Shown here one piece after another: positions 31,337 to 40,782 of a stretch of 64,000 nt of DNA. Each line of letters opens with the position of its first letter. Within the stretch, counting starts at the first letter, position 1. The DNA lies in contig CAWCAG010000001.1 in NCBI GenBank assembly GCA_963793425.1, forward strand, positions 366,231 to 430,230, given 5' to 3'. The notes beneath the pieces were generated by a model, which searched no databases, was not told the origin of the DNA, and was given only the letters and a program-made list of their open reading frames with translations. Origin of the DNA: an uncultured cyanobacterium. Lineage in GTDB: Bacteria > Cyanobacteriota > Cyanobacteriia > Cyanobacteriales > CAWCAG01. A program made the position numbers and the translations under genes.

Positions 31337-31927
31337 TTACCAAGTCCTTAAAACATAAGCTGTGTCTTCGGGAAGGTCCTTAGTTTCAGAAGATTCATCT
31401 TCTTCAGCTTCTGTACGCACTTCTATACAGAAAGTAGCTGTGTTGAAACCACCAAATCTTTTCACTGTGCTGGTTCGCATCCGAATATCAGGACTAGCAA
31501 ACCAAAAACGCTCAATAATGCTCATGGTTTCATATTCTGTAACCAAAACTAATCCCTCTTCATCATCCATCTCATAATGTCCTGCCACGGGAACAATTTC
31601 GGCATAACCTCTTTCTCGTAGCAGTTTCCCTTTACGAGGGTTATCTGGTTCAGGTACAAGGGCAAACACAGTAGTTCCTTCATGACTTTCATCTTCTTTA
31701 TCCCAAGCCATAGAACCATTCCAGCTTACAAAAGCTCCCCCTACTGTCAAGCTAGGATCTGTGTCGTGCATCTGACAAATTTCTGCAACTTTAGGATCAG
31801 CTTTGTTTAAATACTCCACACGAATATCTGAATCCCCCGTTTCAGCACGTCTGAAGGGTAAATGATGAGTAGTACGTTGAGATTTCCATTTGCCAGCACT
31901 CTGCTGAAAAAATTCTTTAGCGTCCAT
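31337..31927 (-). CDS. cpcS: Phycocyanobilin lyase CpcS/CpeS
   Basis: EFFQQSAGKWKSQRTTHHL, LLRERGYAE and ERFWFASP. Confidence 0.9.
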   Translation of the reverse strand: MDAKEFFQQSAGKWKSQRTTHHLPFRRAETGDSDIRVEYLNKADPKVAEICQMHDTDPSLTVGGAFVSWNGSMAWDKEDESHEGTTVFALVPEPDNPRKGKLLRERGYAEIVPVAGHYEMDDEEGLVLVTEYETMSIIERFWFASPDIRMRTSTVKRFGGFNTATFCIEVRTEAEEDESSETKDLPEDTAYVLRTW

Positions 31928-32185
31928 ATGCGACTCTCCAATTTATCTCAGGTAATTTTCTTATTTTGTTCTTATTTTGACAGAGTTGAGCAATTCAGAT
32001 TAAGGTTTTTGTAAAATTTTGTTACTTAAATTAGTTATCGCTTGACATGGTAGACATCTTGTAGTTGAGGTGTTAAGCTTTAGAAAATGTAGAAATACTT
32101 ATTCAACCTCAAAAAAATAATGCTCAAAGGAGCAACAAGCCCTAAATATCGCTAAAGCTCACCTCACCTATTCAGGAGTGAACCT

Positions 32186-32353
32186 ATGGAAACATCAGGA
32201 CAATTAACTTTGGAGCAGCAATTCAAATTGCAAGTTTTCCGAGATCAAGTTAAAGGTTTAACCCAGGAGCAAGCACAAGAATATTTGTTAGAAGTTCTAC
32301 GTCAAATGATGGTGAAAGACAATCTTTTCAAGAATCTTCTCAGGAACTCTTGA
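32186..32353 (+). CDS. nblA: Phycobilisome degradation protein NblA (55 aa; below the ORF-track cutoff)
   Basis: METSGQLTLEQQFKLQVFRDQVKGLTQEQAQEYLLEVLRQMMVKDNLFKNLLRNS*; AGGAG RBS upstream; divergent from cpcS-cpcG. Confidence 0.92.
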   Translation: METSGQLTLEQQFKLQVFRDQVKGLTQEQAQEYLLEVLRQMMVKDNLFKNLLRNS

Positions 32354-32380
32354 AATCTCAATAGGAGCAGCACATTTCCA

Positions 32381-32420
32381 AGGGCGTAACTGAACAGAGG
32401 TTGCGCCTCTTGTGGTTTTT
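32381..32420 (+). terminator. Probable hairpin between the convergent nblA and small ORF
   Basis: gggcgtaac...gttgcgcct stem followed by a T-rich tract. Confidence 0.45.
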
Positions 32421-32433
32421 CTACCTTCTTTAG

Positions 32434-32643
32434 CTAAAACATTTCTGAAACATCTCTAATTAAAGGTATGCGATCGCGAACATAAGCATATAAAGATTCA
32501 CTTTCTTGAGGCTCAAGATATCTTTCTTGCTGAATCTGTTGAATAATCCAATTAACTAAATCTGTATCACTGTGTTTGATGAGAATGCTAGGAGGAGCAA
32601 CCTCAACAATAGACCAAAGCTGACGTAACAACGCAGTATTCAT
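32434..32643 (-). CDS. Small conserved cyanobacterial hypothetical protein
   Basis: LRQLWSIVE...D.DLV.W...Y...RIPLIRD pattern. Confidence 0.7.
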   Translation of the reverse strand: MNTALLRQLWSIVEVAPPSILIKHSDTDLVNWIIQQIQQERYLEPQESESLYAYVRDRIPLIRDVSEMF

Positions 32644-32946
32644 TTGTAGCTCCGCATATCTGCTTAACTTTTCTCGAAAGTTAATCTTTTCTTTAGATTC
32701 ATGTATACAATTCTACCCTTTGTTTCCTAACTGAGCAACAAAAGAACAGGGAATAGTATTTTTACTCATAACTTACTAGTTATGATTCCTTAGTTCTTAA
32801 TCGTAAGGGAACACTTTTTTATTTAGTTACGTTTTTATTTTCAAACCGTCATAAAAATTCAGGAATCTTTCTTGCTTGTGTTGAATACTAACTTTAGAAT
32901 GACCGAACATGAATAGAAAAACATTCCGAGTAATTATTTTTCCACC

Positions 32947-33312
32947 ATGAGTAATTTATCAAAATCCTTCGCCCTAGCCACAGCGCTTTCTCTAGCTGCG
33001 ATCGCAGTCAGTGCTACTGAAGCTATGGCTGTTTATTGTGCCAAAATAGAAGTAGCCAGAGGCCCTCTCAATGTCCGTTCTGGTCCAGGGACAGCTTTTC
33101 GGGATGTTGGCAATATCCCCAAAGATAGCATTGTACGAGTAGAAGAAAGAAACAACGTACCGACTAATGATCCTAACTGGAAGTGGTTGCGTATCTCCAT
33201 GTACGAAACCTTAGCAGGGAACGCTGTTAGCTCTCCAGGTTGGATATCTTCTGATTTTGTCGGTCCCGGTTTTGCTTGCCAGTCTCCCTTGGCTAGGAAA
33301 ATGGGGAGTTAG
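32947..33312 (+). CDS. Secreted bacterial SH3-domain protein
   Basis: Signal peptide; LNVRSGPGT...GWISSDFV. Confidence 0.85.
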   Translation: MSNLSKSFALATALSLAAIAVSATEAMAVYCAKIEVARGPLNVRSGPGTAFRDVGNIPKDSIVRVEERNNVPTNDPNWKWLRISMYETLAGNAVSSPGWISSDFVGPGFACQSPLARKMGS

Positions 33313-33410
33313 GAAAATGGGGAGCTGGGGAGCTAGACTGTCCGGCTTTGCCCTTGTCGTAGACATCATTGTTCGGCTTGCCGTTGCCGTTAGGCATCAT
33401 TGACTAGCAA

Positions 33411-34472
33411 TTAGCCAAAAGAAAAAACCCTTAAACCAGCTTCAACAACAGAAACATCTACCTTTGAACCCACAGGTAACACCTTACCAACAGTAGTACG
33501 GGCGCTAATTCTTTTTCCGGAGGGAGTTTGTAAGTCGTAGCGATGTTCTCGCCCTAAAAATTGGCGATCGCAGATTAACAAACTCCCTGTTTCTTTTGGT
33601 ATTAACTGCAAATCTTCTTGGCGAATCATCAATTCACCTTGTTCAAAGTATTGATCTCCTCCACAAAGAAAATCACCAATTTCTGTATGCCAAAAATCTC
33701 CTTGGCGTTCCGCAAGCATAAAATTAGCTTGGGTAACAAACTCCGCCACAAAACGAGTAGCAGGTTCTTGATATACTTCTTCAGGAGTTCCCTGCTGTTC
33801 TAAGCGCCCATTTTGCATCACCACTAAGCGATCAGAAATAGACAATGCTTCCTCTTGATCATGGGTAACAAAAATTGCTGATGTACCAGCCGCTTTAATA
33901 ATCTCTCGCAGTTCTTGACGTAGGCGAAGGCGAACTTGTAAATCTAAGTTAGAAAGAGGTTCATCTAATAATACTAAGGTAGGATGGGGAGCTAAAGCCC
34001 TCGCTAAAGCAACTCTTTGTTGCTGCCCTCCGGATAATTCATGGGGATAACGCTTTTCCAAACCTTCTAAACCCACCAAACTCAGCACTTCTCCTACTCG
34101 CTTTCTGCTGTCTTTGCTTAAGCTATTACCAGAATGACTTAAACCGAAAGCAATATTTTTCCCTACATTCAAATGGGGGAAAAGAGCGTAATCTTGGAAA
34201 ACCATACCTACATCTCGCTTTTCTGGGGAAACCCATTGTCCTTTCCCGGCAACGGTTTGTCCTGCGAGAGTAACTATGCCAGTTTGAGGCTCTTCAAATC
34301 CAGCGACAATGCGTAATAAGGTTGTTTTACCGCAACCGGAAGGGCCTAAAAAAGTTAACAAGTCCCCCTCTTGTAAACTCAAAGTTACCTTATCTACAGC
34401 AGGAGAATTAGAGCGAGGAAAGTATTTAGTAACTTTCTCTAAGTGCAAAATTACAGGTGCAGTCATTGCCAT
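33411..34472 (-). CDS. futC: Fe3+ ABC transporter ATP-binding subunit (FutC/SfuC-like)
   Basis: GPSGCGKT, VFQDYALFPHL, LSGGQQQR, LLDEP and TOBE C-terminus. Confidence 0.85.
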   Translation of the reverse strand: MAMTAPVILHLEKVTKYFPRSNSPAVDKVTLSLQEGDLLTFLGPSGCGKTTLLRIVAGFEEPQTGIVTLAGQTVAGKGQWVSPEKRDVGMVFQDYALFPHLNVGKNIAFGLSHSGNSLSKDSRKRVGEVLSLVGLEGLEKRYPHELSGGQQQRVALARALAPHPTLVLLDEPLSNLDLQVRLRLRQELREIIKAAGTSAIFVTHDQEEALSISDRLVVMQNGRLEQQGTPEEVYQEPATRFVAEFVTQANFMLAERQGDFWHTEIGDFLCGGDQYFEQGELMIRQEDLQLIPKETGSLLICDRQFLGREHRYDLQTPSGKRISARTTVGKVLPVGSKVDVSVVEAGLRVFSFG

Positions 34473-34544
34473 ATTCTAAACAAAAAAAGCCATCAATTTT
34501 GGGGAACAGAAGAAATGCACTTGTCTGACCTGATGAAAATTAAG

Positions 34545-34650
34545 TGACAATAACTAAGTGATAATAATTAGTTTTGCTGAAAATGTCACTCTTTCTCTAG
34601 CACTCTATCAATTTTTGTAGTAAAGTGTTTCTTGAGATTAATTCCTAATT
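34545..34650. promoter_or_regulatory. Candidate Fur boxes in the divergent futC/futB promoter
   Basis: GATAATAATTA at 34560 and the imperfect palindrome TTGAGATTAATTCCTAA at 34632-34648, upstream of iron-uptake genes. Confidence 0.4.
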
Positions 34651-34684
34651 AGAACTTTTACCTTACTTTGGAGCTTAAGTCAAA

Positions 34685-36370
34685 GTGTCTTCATTTTCCT
34701 TGGCAAAATCATTATCCCCAAAAGCTTTTTTTCCCAAGGTTTTACAAGGCTGGACTGTCTTTGTGACTGGCATCGCTTTACTAATTGCCACCCCGATTAT
34801 TTTTGTCTTAAGCAGTATATTCTCTGATGCCAGAGAAATCTGGACTCACTTAGCCACCACAGTTTTATCAGGTTATATTCTCAACTCCTTAAGCTTAATG
34901 TTAGGAGTAGGAGTAGGAGTTTTACTAATTGGGGTTAGCACGGCTTGGTTAGTGACAGCTTGTCGCTTTCCTGGTAGTAAAATATTTGAGTGGGCATTAT
35001 TACTGCCTTTAGCCATACCTGCGTACCTGCTGGCTTATACCTATACAGAATTACTCGACTATTATGGCCCAGTGCAGACATGGTTGAGGAATGCTTTTGG
35101 TTGGCAAAGCATCCAAGAATATTGGTTTCCTCCAGTTCGTTCTTTGGGGGGAGCAATTATCATGTTGTTTTTGGTTTTATATCCCTACGTTTATTTAATT
35201 GCTAGAGTTGCCTTCCTAGAACAATCAGTCCGTACCTTAGAAGCTTCCCGTAGCCTGGGCAGAGGCCCTTGGCGTAGTTTTTTCACCGTCGCCTTACCCT
35301 TAGCTAGACCTGCTATTATGGGAGGATTAGCTTTAGCATTAATGGAAACATTAGGAGACTTCGGCACGGTAGATTACTTCGGTGTCACCACCTTCACCAC
35401 CGGTATCTATCGTACCTGGTTAGGTATGGGTGAACCTGTCGCAGCCGCGCAATTAGCGGCTTTTTTAATGCTGTTTGTTCTCACCCTCATTGTTTCAGAA
35501 AGGTGGTTTCGTCGGCAGGCACGGTATTATGATTTGGGTCATGCTTATGAATCTGGCGATCCCTATCAATTAAAAGGAATGCGTAGCCTGGTAGCGGGGT
35601 TAACTTGCTTGTTGCCTGTAACCCTCGGTTTTCTACTTCCGGCCGGGTTACTATTAAAAATGACCTGGGAAAACGCTGCCGAAACCCTTGATCAAGACTT
35701 TTGGCAATTAGCTTTTCATAGCTTCGTCCTCGCCACCCTGACTGCGGCAGTTGCTGTCATAGTTGCGTTGATTATCGCCTATGGTCATAGACTTAACCGT
35801 AACTTAACCATGAACTCAGCAGTCCGCATTGCTTCTATGGGTTACGCTATTCCTGGATCTGTGATTGCGGTGGGGGTAGTTATTCCCTTAGCGCAGTTTG
35901 ATAATTGGTTAGATAGCCGCATGGAAACTATCTTTGGCATCTCCACAGGCTTATTATTAACAGGGACAATTATTGCTTTAATCTTTGCCTATTTAGTGCG
36001 TTTCCTCGCTGTTTCTTTCAACACCGTAGAATCGAGCTTAACCAAGATTAAACCCAGTTTAGACGATGCTGCCCGGAGTTTGGGTCATAGTCCTAGTAGC
36101 ACTTTGGTTAAAGTTCATGCCCCATTAATGTTAGGGGGAATGTTAACAGCAGTGATGTTGGTGTTTGTGGATGTGATGAAGGAGTTACCAGCAACTTTAT
36201 TAATGCGTCCTTTTAATTTTGATACCCTAGCAGTGCAAGTATATCAATATGCTTCTGATGAAAGATTAATAGAAGCATCTGCACCAGCTTTAGCTATTGT
36301 TTTAGTAGGAATTATTCCGGTAATTTTCTTAAGTATGAGAATTGCTAAATCTCGTAGTGGGTGGCAGTAA
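34685..36370 (+). CDS. futB: Fe3+ ABC transporter permease (FutB/SfuB-like)
   Basis: Duplicated permease halves; YPYVY...ARVAF; EA.RSLG; DFGTVDYF; MKELPATL. Confidence 0.9.
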   Translation: MSSFSLAKSLSPKAFFPKVLQGWTVFVTGIALLIATPIIFVLSSIFSDAREIWTHLATTVLSGYILNSLSLMLGVGVGVLLIGVSTAWLVTACRFPGSKIFEWALLLPLAIPAYLLAYTYTELLDYYGPVQTWLRNAFGWQSIQEYWFPPVRSLGGAIIMLFLVLYPYVYLIARVAFLEQSVRTLEASRSLGRGPWRSFFTVALPLARPAIMGGLALALMETLGDFGTVDYFGVTTFTTGIYRTWLGMGEPVAAAQLAAFLMLFVLTLIVSERWFRRQARYYDLGHAYESGDPYQLKGMRSLVAGLTCLLPVTLGFLLPAGLLLKMTWENAAETLDQDFWQLAFHSFVLATLTAAVAVIVALIIAYGHRLNRNLTMNSAVRIASMGYAIPGSVIAVGVVIPLAQFDNWLDSRMETIFGISTGLLLTGTIIALIFAYLVRFLAVSFNTVESSLTKIKPSLDDAARSLGHSPSSTLVKVHAPLMLGGMLTAVMLVFVDVMKELPATLLMRPFNFDTLAVQVYQYASDERLIEASAPALAIVLVGIIPVIFLSMRIAKSRSGWQ

Positions 36371-36501
36371 GTAGTTATCCGTTAAGCTAAAAAAATGATT
36401 ACAGATGAAAAAGTAAAAATTTTACTTTTGCAAACTCCTATAATTAATTAAGTTGGCTATCATAAAATAAATTAAAACTTTTGTACTAACTACTTCTCCT
36501 G

Positions 36502-39500
36502 ATGGCTGACTACAAATGGAAAAGGTTTTGGTGTCCACGGGATGGCAAAATCAACTTAGGAGATGACGGTTATCTCTACGATCTAGATTCAGCCTCCTAT
36601 AGGTATCACGAAAATGCTTATCTGGTTACTTTCCAAGAAATAGCTGATGTACCTTGTTTAGTTTTGTTAGGAGAACCAGGTATTGGTAAATCTAGAGTCT
36701 TAGACGAGGCGCATACTCAAACAACAAACTCATCTCTTCATTTTGAATTAGGAGAGTACGGTTCAGATACAGAATTATGTAACGACATTTTCAAACATGA
36801 AGTAGTTCAAAATTGGCAAGAAGGAACCAACAAACTAGAACTTTTTATTGATAGTTTAGACGAAGGTCTTTTATCTATACCAGTATTAACAAGAATTTTA
36901 AAGCGAAAACTCGAAAACTTACCTTGTAGTCGCTTAAAGTTAAGAATCACTTGTAGAACGGCTGATTGGCCTAATTCTTTAGAAGAAAAACTTAAGGAAC
37001 TATGGGGCAAGGATGAGGTAAAAGTCTATGAGTTAGCACCTTTGCGACGCATAGATGTTGTTGAAGCAGCTAACACAAATCAAATAGATGCAGATGCTTT
37101 CTTGCAAGAGATATACGCAAAGAATGCCGTACCCTTAGCCTTCAAACCAATTACTCTAAAGTTTTTGCTTGATCTTTGTAAACAAGGGCAACAACTTCCG
37201 TCAACTCAGAAGGAATTATACGAAAAAGGTTGTCTTTGGCTTTGTGAAGAACATAACCGTGATCGCCTAGAGGCTGGTCACAAGGGTAAGTTTAAGGCAG
37301 AAGAAAGAATACGAATAGCTGGTAGAATTGCTGCTGTAACTTTGTTTGCTAGAAAAGCTGCTGTTCGTACAAATATAGATGATGTTGGAGAAAGTAGTAT
37401 ACAAGTCCGTGAGTTGTATGGTAAAGAAAAATTCACTGATTCTGAACTATTAATTACTGAAGAAGCTATAGAAGAAGTTTTTTCTATTACTCAGCTATTT
37501 CGTAGTGCAAACGGGATGGCTTTTGTTCACCAAACATACAGTGAATTTTTAGCAGCTTGGTATTTAAATGAGCATAACGTACCTTTAACACAACTCAAAA
37601 GCTTGTTTTTCTCCCCAGGAGATTCTGAAAATAAGCTAATTCCTCAACTTCATGAAACTGCTGCTTGGTTAGCAAGTATGAAGCGTGACTTTTTAGAAGA
37701 AGTAATGAAATCAGATCCGGATGTTCTTTTAAAAAGTGACGTTACTACAGAAGATAGTGTTCGAGAAGCTATTGTAGAAAATTTGTTATGCTTACTCGAA
37801 GATAAAAAACTATTTAATAAAGACTTAAATTATAGAAAATATGAAAGATTAAAACATGGACAACTAGCATCTCAACTACGTCCTTATGTCAAAGATTATA
37901 GGGAAAATAATAATGTCAGGTACGAAGCTATTTGTATTGCTGAGATTTGTAAGCTACAAGAACTTCAAGAAGATTTAGTAAATTTAGTATTAAATTCATC
38001 AGAACCAATATATCTTCGCTCTAATGCAGCTTGTGCATTAAGCTCAATTGGAGATAGAGAAACCAAAATGAAGTTGAAAGGTTTAGCTTTTAACGAACTC
38101 GAAGAAGATGAACATGAGAGCATAAAGGGCTGGTGCTGGTCAGCAATTTGGCCAGACACAATCACCGCAGCAGAGCTTTTTGAAAATTTATCTGTACCGA
38201 AAATAAATCATAACTATCCCAGCATATACGAAGTATTCCTTGAGCGTAAGTTAGCAGAACATCTCCAAAAAGATGACATTTTGTTGGCGCTTAATTGGCT
38301 AGAGGAGGAAGGTTTTCATCATAAATTTAGAGGGGCAGCAAGTTCAATAATCATAAAAGCTTGGGAATATTTGAATGAGCTAGGTGTATTGACTAGTTTT
38401 GCAAAAATAGCAGCCAAAAGATGGCAAGAAAGTCGGGATATTGTAATAGGAAGGTATGAAAATCAGCTTAGGAACTTAATTTTTAAAGATGCGCCAAAAC
38501 GTCGTTCTTTGATTGAAAAAGTAGTCAAGTTTATAGCTCAAGAAAATGAATATTCAAAGCATAAAGTATCTTATTTGAAGACGAAAATAACTTTAGAAAC
38601 AGATGAAATTATTAATATTACTGAGTCTAATGAAATTTTCAAGGAGAGATTTTCTAATTATTTGGGTTCAGTTGATATTGATTCTGAATCTGCTAAGAAG
38701 CAAAAAGCATCATACGAAGAAATGCTAAGCAAGTCTGGCTATGAAGATAATATTAATTTCCTTAAGTTGCCTTCTCAAGAAAAGATTAGGTTACTGTTGA
38801 ATAAAATAGAGTCAGGTGAAATTTTGTTATGGCGTAGCCTTATCGAAGAAATAAATAATAAGGAAGATGGTCAGCTAGAAAACTTATCACAACAAGTAGA
38901 TATAACCTCTTTTCCAAACGGACAAAAAATAGACGATATTACTCAAAAAAGAATTGTACAAGCTGCAAAGAAATTTACATCACGTTTCAGTCCAAGTCTT
39001 TGGAGATTCTACAATTATTTGCTAAATGTCGAAGTTTTGTTATGTTTTTTGAAAAAGCTTAGCAAGAATATTAAAACTAGTTATTACTTAATTAGAGAAA
39101 TAAACAAACTCCTTAGTGTTGATTTAACTTCTTATCGTTATAAAATATATTTATTAGAGCAATTAGACTACACAACTATAAAACTAATTCTTAGAGAAGA
39201 GTCAAGTATTGTCAAACAACGAACTAGAAAGATATGGCGTAAATGGGAATCAGCTTTTTCATCTTGCTTGCCGAATCAAAGTGATAATTGCGAAATAGAT
39301 ACAAAGCAAATTAACTTAGAATTAGAGGATATCAATAATCGCATCTTTGAAACATTAGATTTTAAAACTGCACAACATATATCTGCAAGCAGCTACAGAT
39401 TTATAATTAATAAGATTGACTCTATTTGGAATGACAATATAGCAGACTTACTTCTTTCTCTAGCAGCTTATCAAGATACTAAACCTGAAATTGTAGAGCA

Positions 39501-40683
39501 ATTGCTGACAAAATTGCTAAGACACGAGTTTAGCAAAGCTGAAGATTTTGCCAAGTCATTAATAAAAGATGAATATGATATTAATAGTCAAGACTATCAA
39601 AAGTCTATTATTGCTGCTAAGGAGTTGATTAAACGTACAAAAGATGGATGGTCATTGATTCGTCCTAAGATAGAGAAAAATATTAATTGGGGAAGAGAAG
39701 TCATTGGAAAAGTTGCCATATTTGAAGGTTTTTCGGCTAATTTGAAGTTGAATGAAGTACAACTAGCAGATTTTTATATTTGGCTTGTTCATCAATATCC
39801 TCATCATGAAGATCCTGGATATAAAAAAGTTGATACCGAATGTAGCTCAAGAGCAACTAAAGTACTAAGAGATAGCATTTTAGAACAACTTAAGCAATAC
39901 GGTACATATAAAGCCTGCAAACAAATTCAACGAATTTCCCAAGAATTGCCTCAAATGAAAGGGTTTTACAAAGTTCATTTAACAGCCCAAGAAATAACCC
40001 GCCGCAAAAGTTGGAAACCTCTTCAACTTTCTGAAATACTCAAGCTTATCAGCGACTCAAATAAACGCATTATTCAAGACGGCAATCAATTACTTGATGT
40101 ATTAATTGAATCATTAGAAAACTTACAAACAAACCTCAAAGGAGAAACGCCTATGGCAAAATTCCTCTGGAATGAAGTTGACAAAAAAGTCTATAAACCA
40201 AAAGATGAAAATGATTTATCTGACTACATCAAAAATCACCTTGACAAAGACTTTAGTTTGCAACATCAAGGTATTTTTATTAATAGAGAAGTAGAAATAA
40301 GAAGAGGGGGTACGGGAGGATTACCTGGAGAACGAACAGACCTTCATGTTGATGCTATTATACGAGATCTTGATGGAAATATTACCGACCAAATAACAGT
40401 TATTATCGAAGTAAAAGGATGTTGGCATCCAGATTTAAACGATGCAATGAAAGATCAGCTCGTTAATCGCTATCTCAAAGACAACACTTGTCAGCATGGT
40501 TTATATTTAGTTGGTTGGTTTAATTGTCAGCAATGGGATAAAGACGATTATAGAAAACGACAAGCCCCCAAAATTCCTGTTGAACAAGCAAAAACAGAAT
40601 TTAACGAACAAGCAGAAGGACTATCATCATCTAATACGGGTATGCAAATCAAAGCTTTTGTTCTCGATACGGCACTTCACTAA
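36502..40683 (+). CDS. NACHT/STAND-like NTPase with HEAT-like repeats and C-terminal PD-(D/E)XK nuclease-like domain (1393 aa)
   Basis: Walker A LLGEPGIGKS; Walker B LFIDSLDE; ITCR; FVHQTYSEFLAAWYL; C-terminal ENDLSDY...NREVEI...RTDL....IIEVKG. Confidence 0.75.
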   Translation: MADYKWKRFWCPRDGKINLGDDGYLYDLDSASYRYHENAYLVTFQEIADVPCLVLLGEPGIGKSRVLDEAHTQTTNSSLHFELGEYGSDTELCNDIFKHEVVQNWQEGTNKLELFIDSLDEGLLSIPVLTRILKRKLENLPCSRLKLRITCRTADWPNSLEEKLKELWGKDEVKVYELAPLRRIDVVEAANTNQIDADAFLQEIYAKNAVPLAFKPITLKFLLDLCKQGQQLPSTQKELYEKGCLWLCEEHNRDRLEAGHKGKFKAEERIRIAGRIAAVTLFARKAAVRTNIDDVGESSIQVRELYGKEKFTDSELLITEEAIEEVFSITQLFRSANGMAFVHQTYSEFLAAWYLNEHNVPLTQLKSLFFSPGDSENKLIPQLHETAAWLASMKRDFLEEVMKSDPDVLLKSDVTTEDSVREAIVENLLCLLEDKKLFNKDLNYRKYERLKHGQLASQLRPYVKDYRENNNVRYEAICIAEICKLQELQEDLVNLVLNSSEPIYLRSNAACALSSIGDRETKMKLKGLAFNELEEDEHESIKGWCWSAIWPDTITAAELFENLSVPKINHNYPSIYEVFLERKLAEHLQKDDILLALNWLEEEGFHHKFRGAASSIIIKAWEYLNELGVLTSFAKIAAKRWQESRDIVIGRYENQLRNLIFKDAPKRRSLIEKVVKFIAQENEYSKHKVSYLKTKITLETDEIINITESNEIFKERFSNYLGSVDIDSESAKKQKASYEEMLSKSGYEDNINFLKLPSQEKIRLLLNKIESGEILLWRSLIEEINNKEDGQLENLSQQVDITSFPNGQKIDDITQKRIVQAAKKFTSRFSPSLWRFYNYLLNVEVLLCFLKKLSKNIKTSYYLIREINKLLSVDLTSYRYKIYLLEQLDYTTIKLILREESSIVKQRTRKIWRKWESAFSSCLPNQSDNCEIDTKQINLELEDINNRIFETLDFKTAQHISASSYRFIINKIDSIWNDNIADLLLSLAAYQDTKPEIVEQLLTKLLRHEFSKAEDFAKSLIKDEYDINSQDYQKSIIAAKELIKRTKDGWSLIRPKIEKNINWGREVIGKVAIFEGFSANLKLNEVQLADFYIWLVHQYPHHEDPGYKKVDTECSSRATKVLRDSILEQLKQYGTYKACKQIQRISQELPQMKGFYKVHLTAQEITRRKSWKPLQLSEILKLISDSNKRIIQDGNQLLDVLIESLENLQTNLKGETPMAKFLWNEVDKKVYKPKDENDLSDYIKNHLDKDFSLQHQGIFINREVEIRRGGTGGLPGERTDLHVDAIIRDLDGNITDQITVIIEVKGCWHPDLNDAMKDQLVNRYLKDNTCQHGLYLVGWFNCQQWDKDDYRKRQAPKIPVEQAKTEFNEQAEGLSSSNTGMQIKAFVLDTALH

Positions 40684-40782
40684 AAGCTTCACAATAACAA
40701 TTCTAGAAATTACTGCTACAAAGTTAGCAATAAGGCGATCGCATTTCCTCAACAAAACTCTGTAGCCTTTAAATTTGAATAT

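Noticed and set aside
32011..32025. Possible NtcA site upstream of nblA
   Set aside because: Spacing is GTA-N9-TAC, not the canonical N8.
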